Shown: positions 1-9,920 of the stretch, in pieces
Position numbering within the stretch: the stretch's first letter is position 1
Layout: every line of letters starts with the position of its first letter
Origin: an uncultured Mycoplasmatota bacterium
GTDB lineage: Bacteria > Bacillota_I > Bacilli_A > RF39 > UBA660
Direction: 5' to 3'
Length of the DNA: 57,527 nt
Assembly (NCBI GenBank): GCA_946497955.1
Contig: CAMMMH010000006.1
Coordinates: 1 to 57,527, forward strand
Notes under the pieces: generated by a model
What the model was told of the DNA's origin: nothing
Database searches by the model: none
What the model saw: only the letters and a program-made list of their open reading frames with translations
Made by a program: the position numbers and the translations under genes

Positions 1-124
1 GAGTTTTGGTCATAAAAGTATTTCTATTGAACTGTACTAATTCTTCTGGCTCATAGTTTTTTAAATAAGTTAGTAAGTCCATTTGTTTTACTTTTTGAAT
101 AATCTCTGGTGGGTAGTAAGCCAT
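1..124 (-). CDS. DUF3991/Toprim-domain ICE protein, N-terminal fragment (truncated by window edge)
   Basis: Not in the ORF track. My translation from ATG at 124 is MAYYPPEIIQKVKQMDLLTYLKNYEPEELVQFNRNTFMTKT, matching the typical MDLLTYLxNYEP start of this family. GAAAGG RBS upstream. Confidence 0.75.
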   Translation of the reverse strand, partial: MAYYPPEIIQKVKQMDLLTYLKNYEPEELVQFNRNTFMTKT

Positions 125-132
125 ATATATCA

Positions 133-468
133 CTACCTTTCCATAGATTTATTCTTTTCTTTTTGTTCTCTTTTTAAAGTTTCTATTGTATCATCTATAC
201 TATATTCTAATGACTCGTGTATTCCTCCATCAAAATCCATCCATCCTTGATAAAGTTCTTCAAGTGGCTTTTCACATTTATTTAATGCTTTAATATCACT
301 AATATCATACTTCTCATATTCTGGATAAAACATTGAAACAAGTTCCTCTTTCATAACTTTTTCATAGGCACTATCTATAATTTTTTCCGGAGATAATTGT
401 TTTAAATTCTCAATAAAAAGATCATACTCTTTTTCCATTTTACTATATAATTCTTCTCTAATATTCAT
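133..468 (-). CDS. DUF3848-family ICE protein
   Basis: LYSKMEKEY...PEKIIDSAYEKVMKEEL...PLEELYQGW pattern; likely start ATG at 468 after GAAAGGTGG. Confidence 0.75.
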   Translation of the reverse strand: MNIREELYSKMEKEYDLFIENLKQLSPEKIIDSAYEKVMKEELVSMFYPEYEKYDISDIKALNKCEKPLEELYQGWMDFDGGIHESLEYSIDDTIETLKREQKEKNKSMER

Positions 469-503
469 AATATTTTCCACCTTTCTTTGTTTTTAATTGC
501 AAT

Positions 504-535
504 AAAAAAAGCAACTAGATTTCTCTAATCGCTTT
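504..535 (-). terminator. Intrinsic terminator after the XRE pair
   Basis: Minus strand AAAGCGATTAG-agaaat-CTAGTTGCTTT running into a T-run. Confidence 0.6.
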
Positions 536-764
536 CCCTTTCAGTAAAGAATTTTACTATTGGAACATTTAGAATAATTGATATATTCTCTACTAAAACA
601 AGTGTTGGCTCTTTCTTATATTTTTCTTGTTCCAAATTTTCTATAAACTTTTTTGTCTTACCAAGTCTTACTGATAATTCCTCTCGACTTAAATTATTTT
701 GCTCTCGATAATATTTAATATTGTTTGTAACTATTGTTTTCAACCTACAATTATTATCACTCAT
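525..764 (-). CDS. XRE/Cro-family HTH transcriptional regulator
   Basis: NIKYYREQNNLSREELSVRLGKTKKFIENLE...PTLVLVENISIILNVP; ATG at 764 after GGAGGG. Confidence 0.85.
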   Translation of the reverse strand: MSDNNCRLKTIVTNNIKYYREQNNLSREELSVRLGKTKKFIENLEQEKYKKEPTLVLVENISIILNVPIVKFFTERESD

Positions 765-765
765 T

Positions 766-1026
766 TTAAATTCCCTCCATAACAATTTTTTGAAAATAAT
801 TTTCTCCTATTAAAGATTCCAAACTGGTATTTAATGTTTTACATATATCTATTACAACAGCCACAGGAGGAATCTTTTTCAATTTAAGGCTTTCTAATCT
901 TTCAATATAATCTTTGGGTTTGCCTATAATTATTGATAATTCTTCTTGACTCAAGTTGGCTTTTATTCTATAAATCATAATGTTTATAGACAATTTATTC
1001 ATCAATTCAAAATCTTCACTTGACAT
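766..1026 (-). CDS. XRE/Cro-family HTH transcriptional regulator
   Basis: NIMIYRIKANLSQEELSIIIGKPKDYIERLE...ICKTLNTSLESL; ATG at 1026 after GAAAGGAAG. Confidence 0.85.
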   Translation of the reverse strand: MSSEDFELMNKLSINIMIYRIKANLSQEELSIIIGKPKDYIERLESLKLKKIPPVAVVIDICKTLNTSLESLIGENYFQKIVMEGI

Positions 1027-1049
1027 ATAATTCTTCCTTTCCTGCAACC

Positions 1050-1078
1050 ATTATAAATAATCAAAAGAAGATAAACAA
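1050..1078 (-). promoter_or_regulatory. SigA-type promoter for the XRE pair
   Basis: TTGTTT (1078-1073), 17-nt spacer, TATAAT (1055-1050). Confidence 0.55.
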
Positions 1079-1087
1079 ATGTGCAAA

Positions 1088-4000
1088 TTATCTTGCATAA
1101 GCCTTTTCGTAGGTTTGACACTCTACTTCTTCATTATCAGAGAAATCTATTACTTCTTTTTCCTTATCATTCATATTTAATTTTATATTTAATTCATCTA
1201 ATCTTTTAGATTTTTCTTTTAATTCTTGCTCTTGTTTGAAAGGTCTTTTTGCTTCTTCTTTTGCATTTTCAAATTGTAATTTGGTATCTTCTAGTGATGT
1301 TATAGTATCTTTTAATATTTCGTTTATATCTTTTAATTTATTATCAATACGTGTAATATTTCCACTAGGATCAGTTCCTAAACTAACTTCATAAGACAAT
1401 TTATTTTTTAAAATCAAGTTAAAAGTTCTTCCTATTTTATCGAACTCAATACTTGTTTTAAATCCTTTATATTCTCCCAATTCTATTGGCTCTGGATTAG
1501 TCATACCTTTACAAATTTCTAATATTTTATTTCCTGCTTCCATTCTATCTGTATAGGTTTTATCTTTAATAACCATACTATCAAACTTGATTTCTTCAGT
1601 CTGCAAATGACTATTTAATAGTCCTATATCTTCTTTTAAATCTAATATTTTTGTTTCTAATCTTTTAATTTCATTAGGATAATATTTAATTATTTTATCT
1701 TCTATTGCATATATCTGACTTAAATGACTTTGCTTTAATAATTTTAATTTAGCAACCTCTGTATCAAGTTCTGTCTTTTCAATTATTAGAGGATTACCAG
1801 AAGCAAGAGATTTAATTTCAGCATAAGATAAAGCTGTTTCATCAATATCTTCTGCACTTCTTACTGGGGTTTTAGATGTCATTATTTGTGAAATAAATCT
1901 TTGTTTATTTTCTACCAACTGATAAAGATATGCGTCAAATGTTCCCTCAGTTACATAGCGATAGATAAACACCTCTGGATTATTATTTCCTTGTCTGACA
2001 ATTCTTCCAGAGCGTTGTATTAAATCGCTAGGTCGCCACGGACAGTCAAGATCGTGTAATGCTATAAGTTTATCTTGGCAGTTAGTTCCAGCACCCATCT
2101 TCTGGGTACTGCCCATTAAAACTCTGGTAATTCCTTTCCTAACTTTTGCAAATAATTCTTTCTTTCTAATATCAGTATTTGCATAATGAATAAATTGTAC
2201 TTCATCTTCTGGTACACCCATTTCTTCTAGTTTTTTCTTTAAGTCATCATATACATTAAACTTACCGTCATTGTGTGGAGTGGACAAGTCACAGAATACA
2301 AGTTGAGTAAGTTTTTGGTCTTTATTTTCTTCCCATATACGATAAATATTTTTAGCACAGGTAGCCACTTTACTGTTTGGATCATCTGGTAATATTTCAT
2401 TCATAAGTCTTTGGTCTAGTGCTAATTTTCTACCATCATTCGTAATTTTAAGCATATTATCAATAGATGAGTCCACCATTTTATTCCTTACTCTTTCAGC
2501 ACGCTCTGCAAGTTCTGCAACCATTTCTTTTTGTAATTCAGTAGGCTTTACCACAACATTTTCATAGTTTGCTTTTGGTACTGGTAGATTAAGCATATCT
2601 GATGTTTGAATATCAGCAACTTCTTTAAACATTGCAAGTAATTCTGGTAGATTATAGAATTTTGCAAATCTTGTTTTAGCACGATAACCTGTACCCTCTG
2701 GTGCAAGTTCTATGGCAGTTACTGTTTCTCCAAAGGTCGAAGCCCAAGCGTCAAAGTTTTGGAGATTTCTTTTTTCAAGTTCTGCATACTGCAAATATCT
2801 TTGCATTGTATATAATTCTACCATACTATTACTTACTGGTGTTCCTGTGGCAAACGTAACACCTTTTCCATCAGTTAATTCATCAAGATAGCGACATTTC
2901 ATATATAAATCACTAGATTTTTGTGCTTCTGTTTGGGCAATACCACCCACATTTCTCATCTTTGTATAAAGAAAGAGATTTTTATAATAATGTGCTTCAT
3001 CAACAAATATTCTATCGACACCTAACTCCTCGAATGTGACAACATCATCTTTTCTTGATGTGTCATTTAATTTCTTTAATTTTGTTTCCAAAGTCTTTTG
3101 TGTTTTCATTAACTGTTTGATAGTAAATCTTTCTCCGTGATTTTCTTTTAAATCTGCTATGCTTCGCATAATGTCATCTATTTGCTTTTGTAGTATTTGT
3201 GTTTGTCTTTCAACAGACATTGGTATTTTTTCAAATTGACTGTGTGAGATAATAACTGCGTCATAATCTCCTGTTGCGATTCGTGAACAAAACTTCTTTC
3301 TATTACCAGTTTCAAAGTCTTTCTTTGTCGTTACGAGAATGTTCGCAGATGGATATAATTGCAGAAATTCTGAACTAAACTGTTCCACAATATGATTAGG
3401 TACTACAAACATACTTTTATTACATAGTCCTAATCTTTTTGCTTCCATAGCTGCAGCAACCATTGTAAACGTTTTCCCTGCTCCAACTTCGTGTGCTAAT
3501 AAGGTATTACCTCCATAAAGTATTCTTGCTACTCCATTTATTTGATGTTTTCGTAGTTTTATTTCTGGATTCATTCCATTAAATCTAATATGTGAGCCAT
3601 CAAATTCTCTTGGTCGAATTGAATTAAATTTTTCATTATATATTTTACATAGTCTTTGTCTACGTTCTGGATCAGTCCATATCCATTCTTCAAAAGCACT
3701 CTTTATTTGTTCTTGCTTTGCTTGTGCAATAGCCGTTTCTTTTTTATTTAATTCTGGTACTCGCCTACCCTCATCATCTATTGTATAATCATAAACTCTT
3801 ACATCTTTTAAATTAAGTGTTTCTTCTATAATTTTATAAGCATTTACTCTATGAGTACCAAAAGTAGAATTGGCTTTTACATTTCCTCTATCATAGTTTT
3901 TATTTTCAATACTCCATTGGGCTGTACTTTCCATATAATGAACTTTCACACTATCTTTTACATACCAAGATGGAGTTAGTAAATACCACATAAATTCTTC

Positions 4001-7000
4001 TATATCTTCTGGTGGCAACCACGTTGCACCTAATCTTACGGCAATTTCACTTGCTTCTAAATCTTTGGGTTGTACTTCTTTTAAATGTTTTACATTTGTT
4101 TCAAACCTTGAATCTGTTTTAGAAAATTCTTCGGCTATTTTTAATTTTTCTCTAACATTACCACTCAAATATTCATCAGCAGTTACCCATATATTTGGAT
4201 CACCGTAAGTTGGAACATTGAATATCTGTCCCTCTAAATCTTTTATCATTTTATCCATATCCATACCAGTTAATTTTTGCATATAATCAAGGTCAACTCT
4301 TGCCTTTTCAGATATAGATACAACTAATGCTTCTTGGGCAGTATCAACTTTTGTTATTTCAATATTTGGCTTAATAGTTCTTTTTGTGAACATATCAGCC
4401 TTGCATTTTAATTCTTTATTTTCATCTAATATTTCTAACGAACATAATAAATAAAAACTATTATCGTTAGAAAAAGCAGAGGTATTTGCTCTGCTATTGA
4501 TAAGACCATATTTTTTTGTAAAATTATCATATAAAACATTTAACTTTCTTTGTTCTTGCTTTATATCTTCGTCTGGATAATCTTCTGTTTGTAGTTCAAT
4601 TAAAGTTCTAACACAATCTCTAATTTCAATTAAGCCTTTTATTCTATTTTGAGTAGTAAGTGGTAATTCTTGTGGATACATTCTACTGTTTTCACGATAA
4701 TATATTTTATTATCTACTAATGTGTATGAGAAGTTTCTAACACTTACATCAGCAGGAATTGATAAATCTTCCTCATTTTCTTCTATGTCATCAAATTCAT
4801 ATTCTTTTATTTCAGCGTGTATATTTTGAATTGCTTTATTTAATTGTTCTTCAAGTGTAGTATCTTCATTTGCTTTACAAGCAGAGTCCATACCAAATTG
4901 TGTAGATTCCATTACCATATTTCCACAAATCATCTCTGGATGATCTATGAAATATTTATTCATTTTGATACCATCTTCATTTGTATCTAAATGCACCCAC
5001 TCTGGCTCTAAATCTGTGATAGAATCTCTTTTTTGTAGGAATATAATATCTGAAGTTACTTTTGTTCCTGCGTTTGCTTTGAAAGTATTATCCGGCAAAC
5101 GAATAGCACCTAAAAGGTCTGCTCTTTGAGCAATATATTTTCGTACAGTAGGACTTTCCTTATCAAGTGTACCTTTACTCGTGATAAAAGCAATAACTCC
5201 TCCCGGTCTTACTTTATCTATGGCTTTCGCAAAGAAATAATCGTGAATCAAAAAATTGTGTTTATCATACTTTTTATCTAGTAATTTAAAATCTCCAAAT
5301 GGGACATTTCCAATACAACCATCAAAAAAAGAGTCTGGAAGTGCAGTATTTTCAAATCCTTGTACTGCAATAGAACTCTTTTGATATAATTGTTGGGCTA
5401 TTTTACCAGATATTTTATCAAGCTCTACTCCGTATAATTTACATTCATTAAGAGTTTCTGGCAACATTCCTATAAAATTACCCGTACCACACGCAGGCTC
5501 TAGGATATTTGCCGTTTTCATACCCATTTGTTCTAGTGCTTTATACATTGTTCTAATAACTACTGGTGGTGTATAAAAAGCAGTTAAAGTTGATTCCATT
5601 GCTGATTTATATTCATCTTCATCTAGCAAATTCTTTAATTCTAAATACTCACTCGCCCAAGAACTATTTTTCTCATCAAAGGCTTGTGGTAATCCACCCC
5701 ATCCAACATATTGAGATAACACTTTTTGTTCTTCTGGTGTAGCAAAACGATTTTCTTTTTCACACAATTTCAAAACTTTAATTGCTTCAACATTTCGATT
5801 AAACTTTTCTCTATCTGTTCCAATACCTAACATATCATCAGTAATATGAAAATTGTGCCTATCTTCATTTTTAATTTCTGGGTGTAAATCAAAAGTAGTA
5901 ACTTTCGATTTTTTCTTTTTTTCAAAAGCAGGTACAAATTCTGTCTTTTCTTTTTCAGTCAGTAATTCTTTTACATAGTCTATATTTTCTTCTCTAAATA
6001 TAGGAAAGCCAGTTGCACCTTGAAAAGTAACATCTCTTAAAGATACTCTATCATTATGGATAGTATCAACAATAAACTCTCTATTATCTATTGTTAGATG
6101 TTCTCCCACAAGATCATCAACTTGTGGTGTTTGCTCCTGTATTTCTTCTTTTGTTTCTTCTTTTGGAGTTATTTCTTCTACTGTCTTACTTTTCTTTACC
6201 TTTAAATGGTCATTAGCAGGATTTTCTTGAACTTTCCTATCAAATTCTTCTCGTGTCATTTCCTTATTAAACAAAGGATATTGATAATCATATAATCTAA
6301 CTGTGTTTTCATCAAATGAAAGAATTTCGTATTCTTCTGCACCAATATATACTTTATCTCCTAAATGATACTCATATTCTTCAATAAAATCTTCTTGTTG
6401 TTCTACTATTTCAATATCATTTTGTTCTTCTTGTTCTAAAACATTTTCATCTTTATATTCTTCTCTTTGACTATTTTCATATTTTTCTAACCACGTTGGA
6501 TAATATTCTTTTTCTTTTGGGTTTAGATAACGATCCAAACTTATTAGTTCTTTTAATCGTTTTTCAATAGTATTCCATTTCAATAATACTTCTATCTCAT
6601 CTGCTTCATATCCTCGATATAAAGTAATTCCTTTACCATTGCTATTAAACCCAACACCAGAGCCTTTTACCGTATGACTACTTCCACTTATTCCATAAAG
6701 ATTTTTTAAAAATGTTATATTATCACTTGTAGATAAACTGCTTTGTAATTGTCTATAAATATAATACTTTCTTTCAGAGTTTTGCTCTTGAAAAAAAGTA
6801 TCTATGAATTCTTGTGAAAATTCTAACTCTGGTCTTTCTTGTTCTTCAGTAAGGTCTAGTAATGATAATTGTTCTTTTTCAGTAGGTAACTTCTGTTTTC
6901 TATCATATAACTGTTTCAACAATATCATTGAATTATAATGTTCAGTTAAATCTTCCCAACTTATAAAACTTTCGGTATCTCTTGATAAGAAGTTTCCTTT

Positions 7001-8461
7001 CCAAATTAAAAGTCCATTGTCAAATGCTTTATACCCATATAATTCAGTACCGACATAAATACCAACATAGACATTATCAAAAGCATTTTTTAAATATTCT
7101 GCTCTTTTAGTTTTATCTTTTTCGGTTTCAAAATAATTTCTAATTTCTTCATTAGTAACTTTTAAATTAGCAGAACTTAATATTTGATTTACTTTTGCGT
7201 CTATAACGACATAAGGACAGTGATGACTGTCCTTATCAAATACTCCTAATTGTAAATTAGTTCTTTCATTGTTATCTCCTCTGCTATCATCTTCAAGTTG
7301 TTCATTAAGCCTACCCACTTCATCTGGTCTTGTTGTTTCAATTCCTCGTTGATATTCTCTTTTATCATCATCTGTGATACTAATTGTTCCACTCTCATTT
7401 CTGATTGTTCCTGTATCTCTGATAGATGTTCCATCAACTGGTCTTTCATTAGGAGTGTTGTGTATAATGCTTTCTTGTGTTCTTTTAGGTAGTTTAGCCT
7501 CATCAATGCGTATTTCCCATTGACTTCTTTCCTCTCTTTCGGTGGCAACATTAGGTCTGGTATTTTGTAATCTCCCTGCATTGTGTAAGTTACTTTTTGC
7601 ATATTCCTCGCTCCTTTCACTTTCAATATTTCTGTTTTCACTTATATCATAATCTATTTGTTTTTCTTTATCAAATGTGCGAATTTTATCTATTTCATTT
7701 TTTCGTACATTTTTAATAGTAGCATATATTTCACGCAAACCCATTTCAGATATATCACTTGTAGCAATACCTAATCTAGTTATTGTGTCATAAGTATTGA
7801 ACTCTTGTATATCTTTAAAATCATCTGCTTTGAAATATTCAGTAGGATCAATACCACATCTTTTCATCATCATAAAAGCAACACTATTTGATAATAAAGT
7901 CTGATATGTTGCTTTAATATGGTTATCATCTTGCGAGCCTAACATACTATTATCAGAAAATTGTTTCAAATCTTCTAAATAATCGGGCAAGTTATCCTCT
8001 ACCATATTATATGCAGATGAAATAATTGCAGTAGCAAGAGAGGTTTTATTCTCTAATTCTCCATATCTGTTTTCTAATGCTTCTATAACATTTTCTTCAT
8101 AAGCCTTTGTTACTGTCCAAAGAAGAAAGTTTTTACCTAATCTACTATTAGTATCTGATACATCAAACACATATCTTAAAAACGGATACCCATTTTTTTC
8201 GGTAAGTAGAGCAATACCAGTTGCTCCTTTATTTACCCATCTTTTAAAACTTCGATTCCAAGTTTCAATTTCAGCACAAGCAACAGTTTCTGGCTTTTGG
8301 GCATATATAAGTGCTTGATCGGAGAAAGAATATTTATAATTCATTGCAGCACATTCCATAAATGAAAGCCACTCATCTGGGCTTTTGCTTATTTCTTTTA
8401 ATGTTTCTCCATATAATTCTGTAATATCTCTAATTCTTCTAGCCAATATAGTCACCTCCAT
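1088..8461 (-). CDS. Giant ICE protein: ArdC-like N-terminal domain + N6-adenine DNA methyltransferase + SNF2/DEAH helicase (DarB-like)
   Basis: N-terminal YKYSFSDQALIYAQKP...YVFDVSDT; MTase motifs ILEPACGTGNF and GNVPFG; helicase motifs HEVGAGKT, DEAH, ATGTP, QRSGRIVRQGN. Likely start TTG at 8446 after GGAGGTG. Confidence 0.92.
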   Translation of the reverse strand: MEVTILARRIRDITELYGETLKEISKSPDEWLSFMECAAMNYKYSFSDQALIYAQKPETVACAEIETWNRSFKRWVNKGATGIALLTEKNGYPFLRYVFDVSDTNSRLGKNFLLWTVTKAYEENVIEALENRYGELENKTSLATAIISSAYNMVEDNLPDYLEDLKQFSDNSMLGSQDDNHIKATYQTLLSNSVAFMMMKRCGIDPTEYFKADDFKDIQEFNTYDTITRLGIATSDISEMGLREIYATIKNVRKNEIDKIRTFDKEKQIDYDISENRNIESERSEEYAKSNLHNAGRLQNTRPNVATEREERSQWEIRIDEAKLPKRTQESIIHNTPNERPVDGTSIRDTGTIRNESGTISITDDDKREYQRGIETTRPDEVGRLNEQLEDDSRGDNNERTNLQLGVFDKDSHHCPYVVIDAKVNQILSSANLKVTNEEIRNYFETEKDKTKRAEYLKNAFDNVYVGIYVGTELYGYKAFDNGLLIWKGNFLSRDTESFISWEDLTEHYNSMILLKQLYDRKQKLPTEKEQLSLLDLTEEQERPELEFSQEFIDTFFQEQNSERKYYIYRQLQSSLSTSDNITFLKNLYGISGSSHTVKGSGVGFNSNGKGITLYRGYEADEIEVLLKWNTIEKRLKELISLDRYLNPKEKEYYPTWLEKYENSQREEYKDENVLEQEEQNDIEIVEQQEDFIEEYEYHLGDKVYIGAEEYEILSFDENTVRLYDYQYPLFNKEMTREEFDRKVQENPANDHLKVKKSKTVEEITPKEETKEEIQEQTPQVDDLVGEHLTIDNREFIVDTIHNDRVSLRDVTFQGATGFPIFREENIDYVKELLTEKEKTEFVPAFEKKKKSKVTTFDLHPEIKNEDRHNFHITDDMLGIGTDREKFNRNVEAIKVLKLCEKENRFATPEEQKVLSQYVGWGGLPQAFDEKNSSWASEYLELKNLLDEDEYKSAMESTLTAFYTPPVVIRTMYKALEQMGMKTANILEPACGTGNFIGMLPETLNECKLYGVELDKISGKIAQQLYQKSSIAVQGFENTALPDSFFDGCIGNVPFGDFKLLDKKYDKHNFLIHDYFFAKAIDKVRPGGVIAFITSKGTLDKESPTVRKYIAQRADLLGAIRLPDNTFKANAGTKVTSDIIFLQKRDSITDLEPEWVHLDTNEDGIKMNKYFIDHPEMICGNMVMESTQFGMDSACKANEDTTLEEQLNKAIQNIHAEIKEYEFDDIEENEEDLSIPADVSVRNFSYTLVDNKIYYRENSRMYPQELPLTTQNRIKGLIEIRDCVRTLIELQTEDYPDEDIKQEQRKLNVLYDNFTKKYGLINSRANTSAFSNDNSFYLLCSLEILDENKELKCKADMFTKRTIKPNIEITKVDTAQEALVVSISEKARVDLDYMQKLTGMDMDKMIKDLEGQIFNVPTYGDPNIWVTADEYLSGNVREKLKIAEEFSKTDSRFETNVKHLKEVQPKDLEASEIAVRLGATWLPPEDIEEFMWYLLTPSWYVKDSVKVHYMESTAQWSIENKNYDRGNVKANSTFGTHRVNAYKIIEETLNLKDVRVYDYTIDDEGRRVPELNKKETAIAQAKQEQIKSAFEEWIWTDPERRQRLCKIYNEKFNSIRPREFDGSHIRFNGMNPEIKLRKHQINGVARILYGGNTLLAHEVGAGKTFTMVAAAMEAKRLGLCNKSMFVVPNHIVEQFSSEFLQLYPSANILVTTKKDFETGNRKKFCSRIATGDYDAVIISHSQFEKIPMSVERQTQILQKQIDDIMRSIADLKENHGERFTIKQLMKTQKTLETKLKKLNDTSRKDDVVTFEELGVDRIFVDEAHYYKNLFLYTKMRNVGGIAQTEAQKSSDLYMKCRYLDELTDGKGVTFATGTPVSNSMVELYTMQRYLQYAELEKRNLQNFDAWASTFGETVTAIELAPEGTGYRAKTRFAKFYNLPELLAMFKEVADIQTSDMLNLPVPKANYENVVVKPTELQKEMVAELAERAERVRNKMVDSSIDNMLKITNDGRKLALDQRLMNEILPDDPNSKVATCAKNIYRIWEENKDQKLTQLVFCDLSTPHNDGKFNVYDDLKKKLEEMGVPEDEVQFIHYANTDIRKKELFAKVRKGITRVLMGSTQKMGAGTNCQDKLIALHDLDCPWRPSDLIQRSGRIVRQGNNNPEVFIYRYVTEGTFDAYLYQLVENKQRFISQIMTSKTPVRSAEDIDETALSYAEIKSLASGNPLIIEKTELDTEVAKLKLLKQSHLSQIYAIEDKIIKYYPNEIKRLETKILDLKEDIGLLNSHLQTEEIKFDSMVIKDKTYTDRMEAGNKILEICKGMTNPEPIELGEYKGFKTSIEFDKIGRTFNLILKNKLSYEVSLGTDPSGNITRIDNKLKDINEILKDTITSLEDTKLQFENAKEEAKRPFKQEQELKEKSKRLDELNIKLNMNDKEKEVIDFSDNEEVECQTYEKAYAR
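6114..6150. repeat. 37-bp exact direct repeat, copy 1 (inside the helicase gene)
   Basis: tcatcaacttgtggtgtttgctcctgtatttcttctt, identical to 12922-12958. Confidence 0.9.
7246..7602 (-). CDS. tnpV: TnpV-family protein, fully nested (+1 frame) in the helicase gene
   Basis: TYTMQGDYKIPDL...GKYALMRLNYLKEHKKALYTTLL...HLSEI...EELKQQDQMKWVGLMNN...AEEITMKELIY follows the TnpV consensus end to end. Own RBS GAAAGGAGCGAGGAAT directly before ATG at 7602. Confidence 0.85.
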   Translation of the reverse strand: MQKVTYTMQGDYKIPDLMLPPKERKEVNGKYALMRLNYLKEHKKALYTTLLMKDQLMEHLSEIQEQSEMRVEQLVSQMMIKENINEELKQQDQMKWVGLMNNLKMIAEEITMKELIYN

Positions 8462-8481
8462 TCTGTTTTATATTTTGCTTC

Positions 8482-8817
8482 TTATTCATTATTCATTTCT
8501 TGTTTTTTTGCTTCTCTTACCTTTTGTAGGACTTCAAAATAATTGGTACTAATATCTAGGTCATCTACATTGTAAATTAGCATATATATAATTTCTGACG
8601 CTTCATTAGGATAAAATCTAATATCAACTTTTGTATCTTGTTCTTCCTCTGTTCTTGGAATACTATATCTTAATAGTTTATCTTTCATTTTGGTTGCAAG
8701 TTGTGCAACTCTTTCATCACTCATTTGTGTATATCTTGTAAGCATTTCCACTAATAAATTAAATTTTTCTATACTTAATTCCACTTTTACAGGTGGTATT
8801 CTTTTTTGATATGGCAT
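8482..8817 (-). CDS. Hypothetical ICE protein (111 aa)
   Basis: ORF with AAAGGAG RBS, in operon context. Confidence 0.7.
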   Translation of the reverse strand: MPYQKRIPPVKVELSIEKFNLLVEMLTRYTQMSDERVAQLATKMKDKLLRYSIPRTEEEQDTKVDIRFYPNEASEIIYMLIYNVDDLDISTNYFEVLQKVREAKKQEMNNE

Positions 8818-8832
8818 TTTATAATCTCCTTT

Positions 8833-9027
8833 CTATCTTTCTAAATCTCTATTTTCTTTTACTTTGCTGACTAAAGAAATATTATTTTGATATTTTTCTA
8901 ATGCTTCTTTCAAAGCAGTATTTGCTAGTAATTCATCTACTTTTGATTGTGCTTCTTTTTTATTATGAGCTTGAACTTCAAAAGTAATTTTTCCATTTAT
9001 ATTTACATCTACTTCAAATGTTTTCAT
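8833..9027 (-). CDS. Small hypothetical ICE protein (64 aa)
   Basis: ATGA overlap with the upstream ORF; ends in RDLER. Confidence 0.65.
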   Translation of the reverse strand: MKTFEVDVNINGKITFEVQAHNKKEAQSKVDELLANTALKEALEKYQNNISLVSKVKENRDLER

Positions 9028-9257
9028 TTGCTCTCATTTCCTTTCTCATAATTTCCACTTAAAAAAGCAATTATCTTTTTATTTTTAATTGCTTCTTTGA
9101 ACTCAATAATAGTCATTATTTCGGCAGAAGATAATGTTGGTATTTTTTTTAAATCTGCCATTTGCATTGCAAGTATTTTTTTATCTGTATTAAAACCTGC
9201 TTTAAATAATTTTTCTAATGTTTTTGTAATTAGATTTAAACTATACTTTACCTCCAT
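9024..9257 (-). CDS. Small hypothetical ICE protein (77 aa)
   Basis: GAGGAGGG RBS, operon context. Confidence 0.65.
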   Translation of the reverse strand: MEVKYSLNLITKTLEKLFKAGFNTDKKILAMQMADLKKIPTLSSAEIMTIIEFKEAIKNKKIIAFLSGNYEKGNESK

Positions 9258-9269
9258 TTTATCCCTCCT

Positions 9270-9920
9270 CTATATCTTTTCTACTAATTCACATATAATT
9301 ACTATTTGTTTATTAGTATTATGTCTGCACGTTATTAGTGTTAAAGTACTTTTTTGGGCATTTCTTGTTATCTCAACACTTCCAGTTTTTTCTACATCAT
9401 AAGTATTTATCATTCTGTACTTATACTCATATCCATTGTAGAAAATACTAACCGTGTCATCTATTTGTAATTTATCAAGATTTTTAAAAAATGCTGTTCT
9501 TCCATTTCCACTATGTGCAGCTAAAATAACATTTCCATTTTCTTGATCAGGCATATCTGATTCATCTAGTATTTTAATGTTTCGATTTACATTATTATAG
9601 TAACTATCTTTAGCAACTAATCCTTTTTCTAGTCCTATACTAGGTATTTTTAAAACTGCAATATAATCTAGGGAATTTGTACTTTTTGCTTGTTCAGTTG
9701 TATTATCTGTTTCTTCTGTTTCAGTTGGTATTTCATTATCAATTTTTTCTTGTTCTTCATAAAATTCTACCAAAGCAATATCTTCTAAATTATCTGCTCT
9801 TACATCAAGGAATATTTTAATTCCAATTACACTAATACCAATTAAGATAAGCAAAGAGCCAACTATTAAAAGTTGACTCTTTTTGCCTTTCTTATTGTTG
9901 TTTTTTTCTTTTTTTAACAT
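9270..9920 (-). CDS. Sortase (class C/D-like)
   Basis: N-terminal TM, LKIPSI, GNVILAAHSG (catalytic His), TLTLITC (catalytic Cys); ATG at 9920 after AGGAG, overlapping the adhesin 3' end. Confidence 0.9.
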   Translation of the reverse strand: MLKKEKNNNKKGKKSQLLIVGSLLILIGISVIGIKIFLDVRADNLEDIALVEFYEEQEKIDNEIPTETEETDNTTEQAKSTNSLDYIAVLKIPSIGLEKGLVAKDSYYNNVNRNIKILDESDMPDQENGNVILAAHSGNGRTAFFKNLDKLQIDDTVSIFYNGYEYKYRMINTYDVEKTGSVEITRNAQKSTLTLITCRHNTNKQIVIICELVEKI

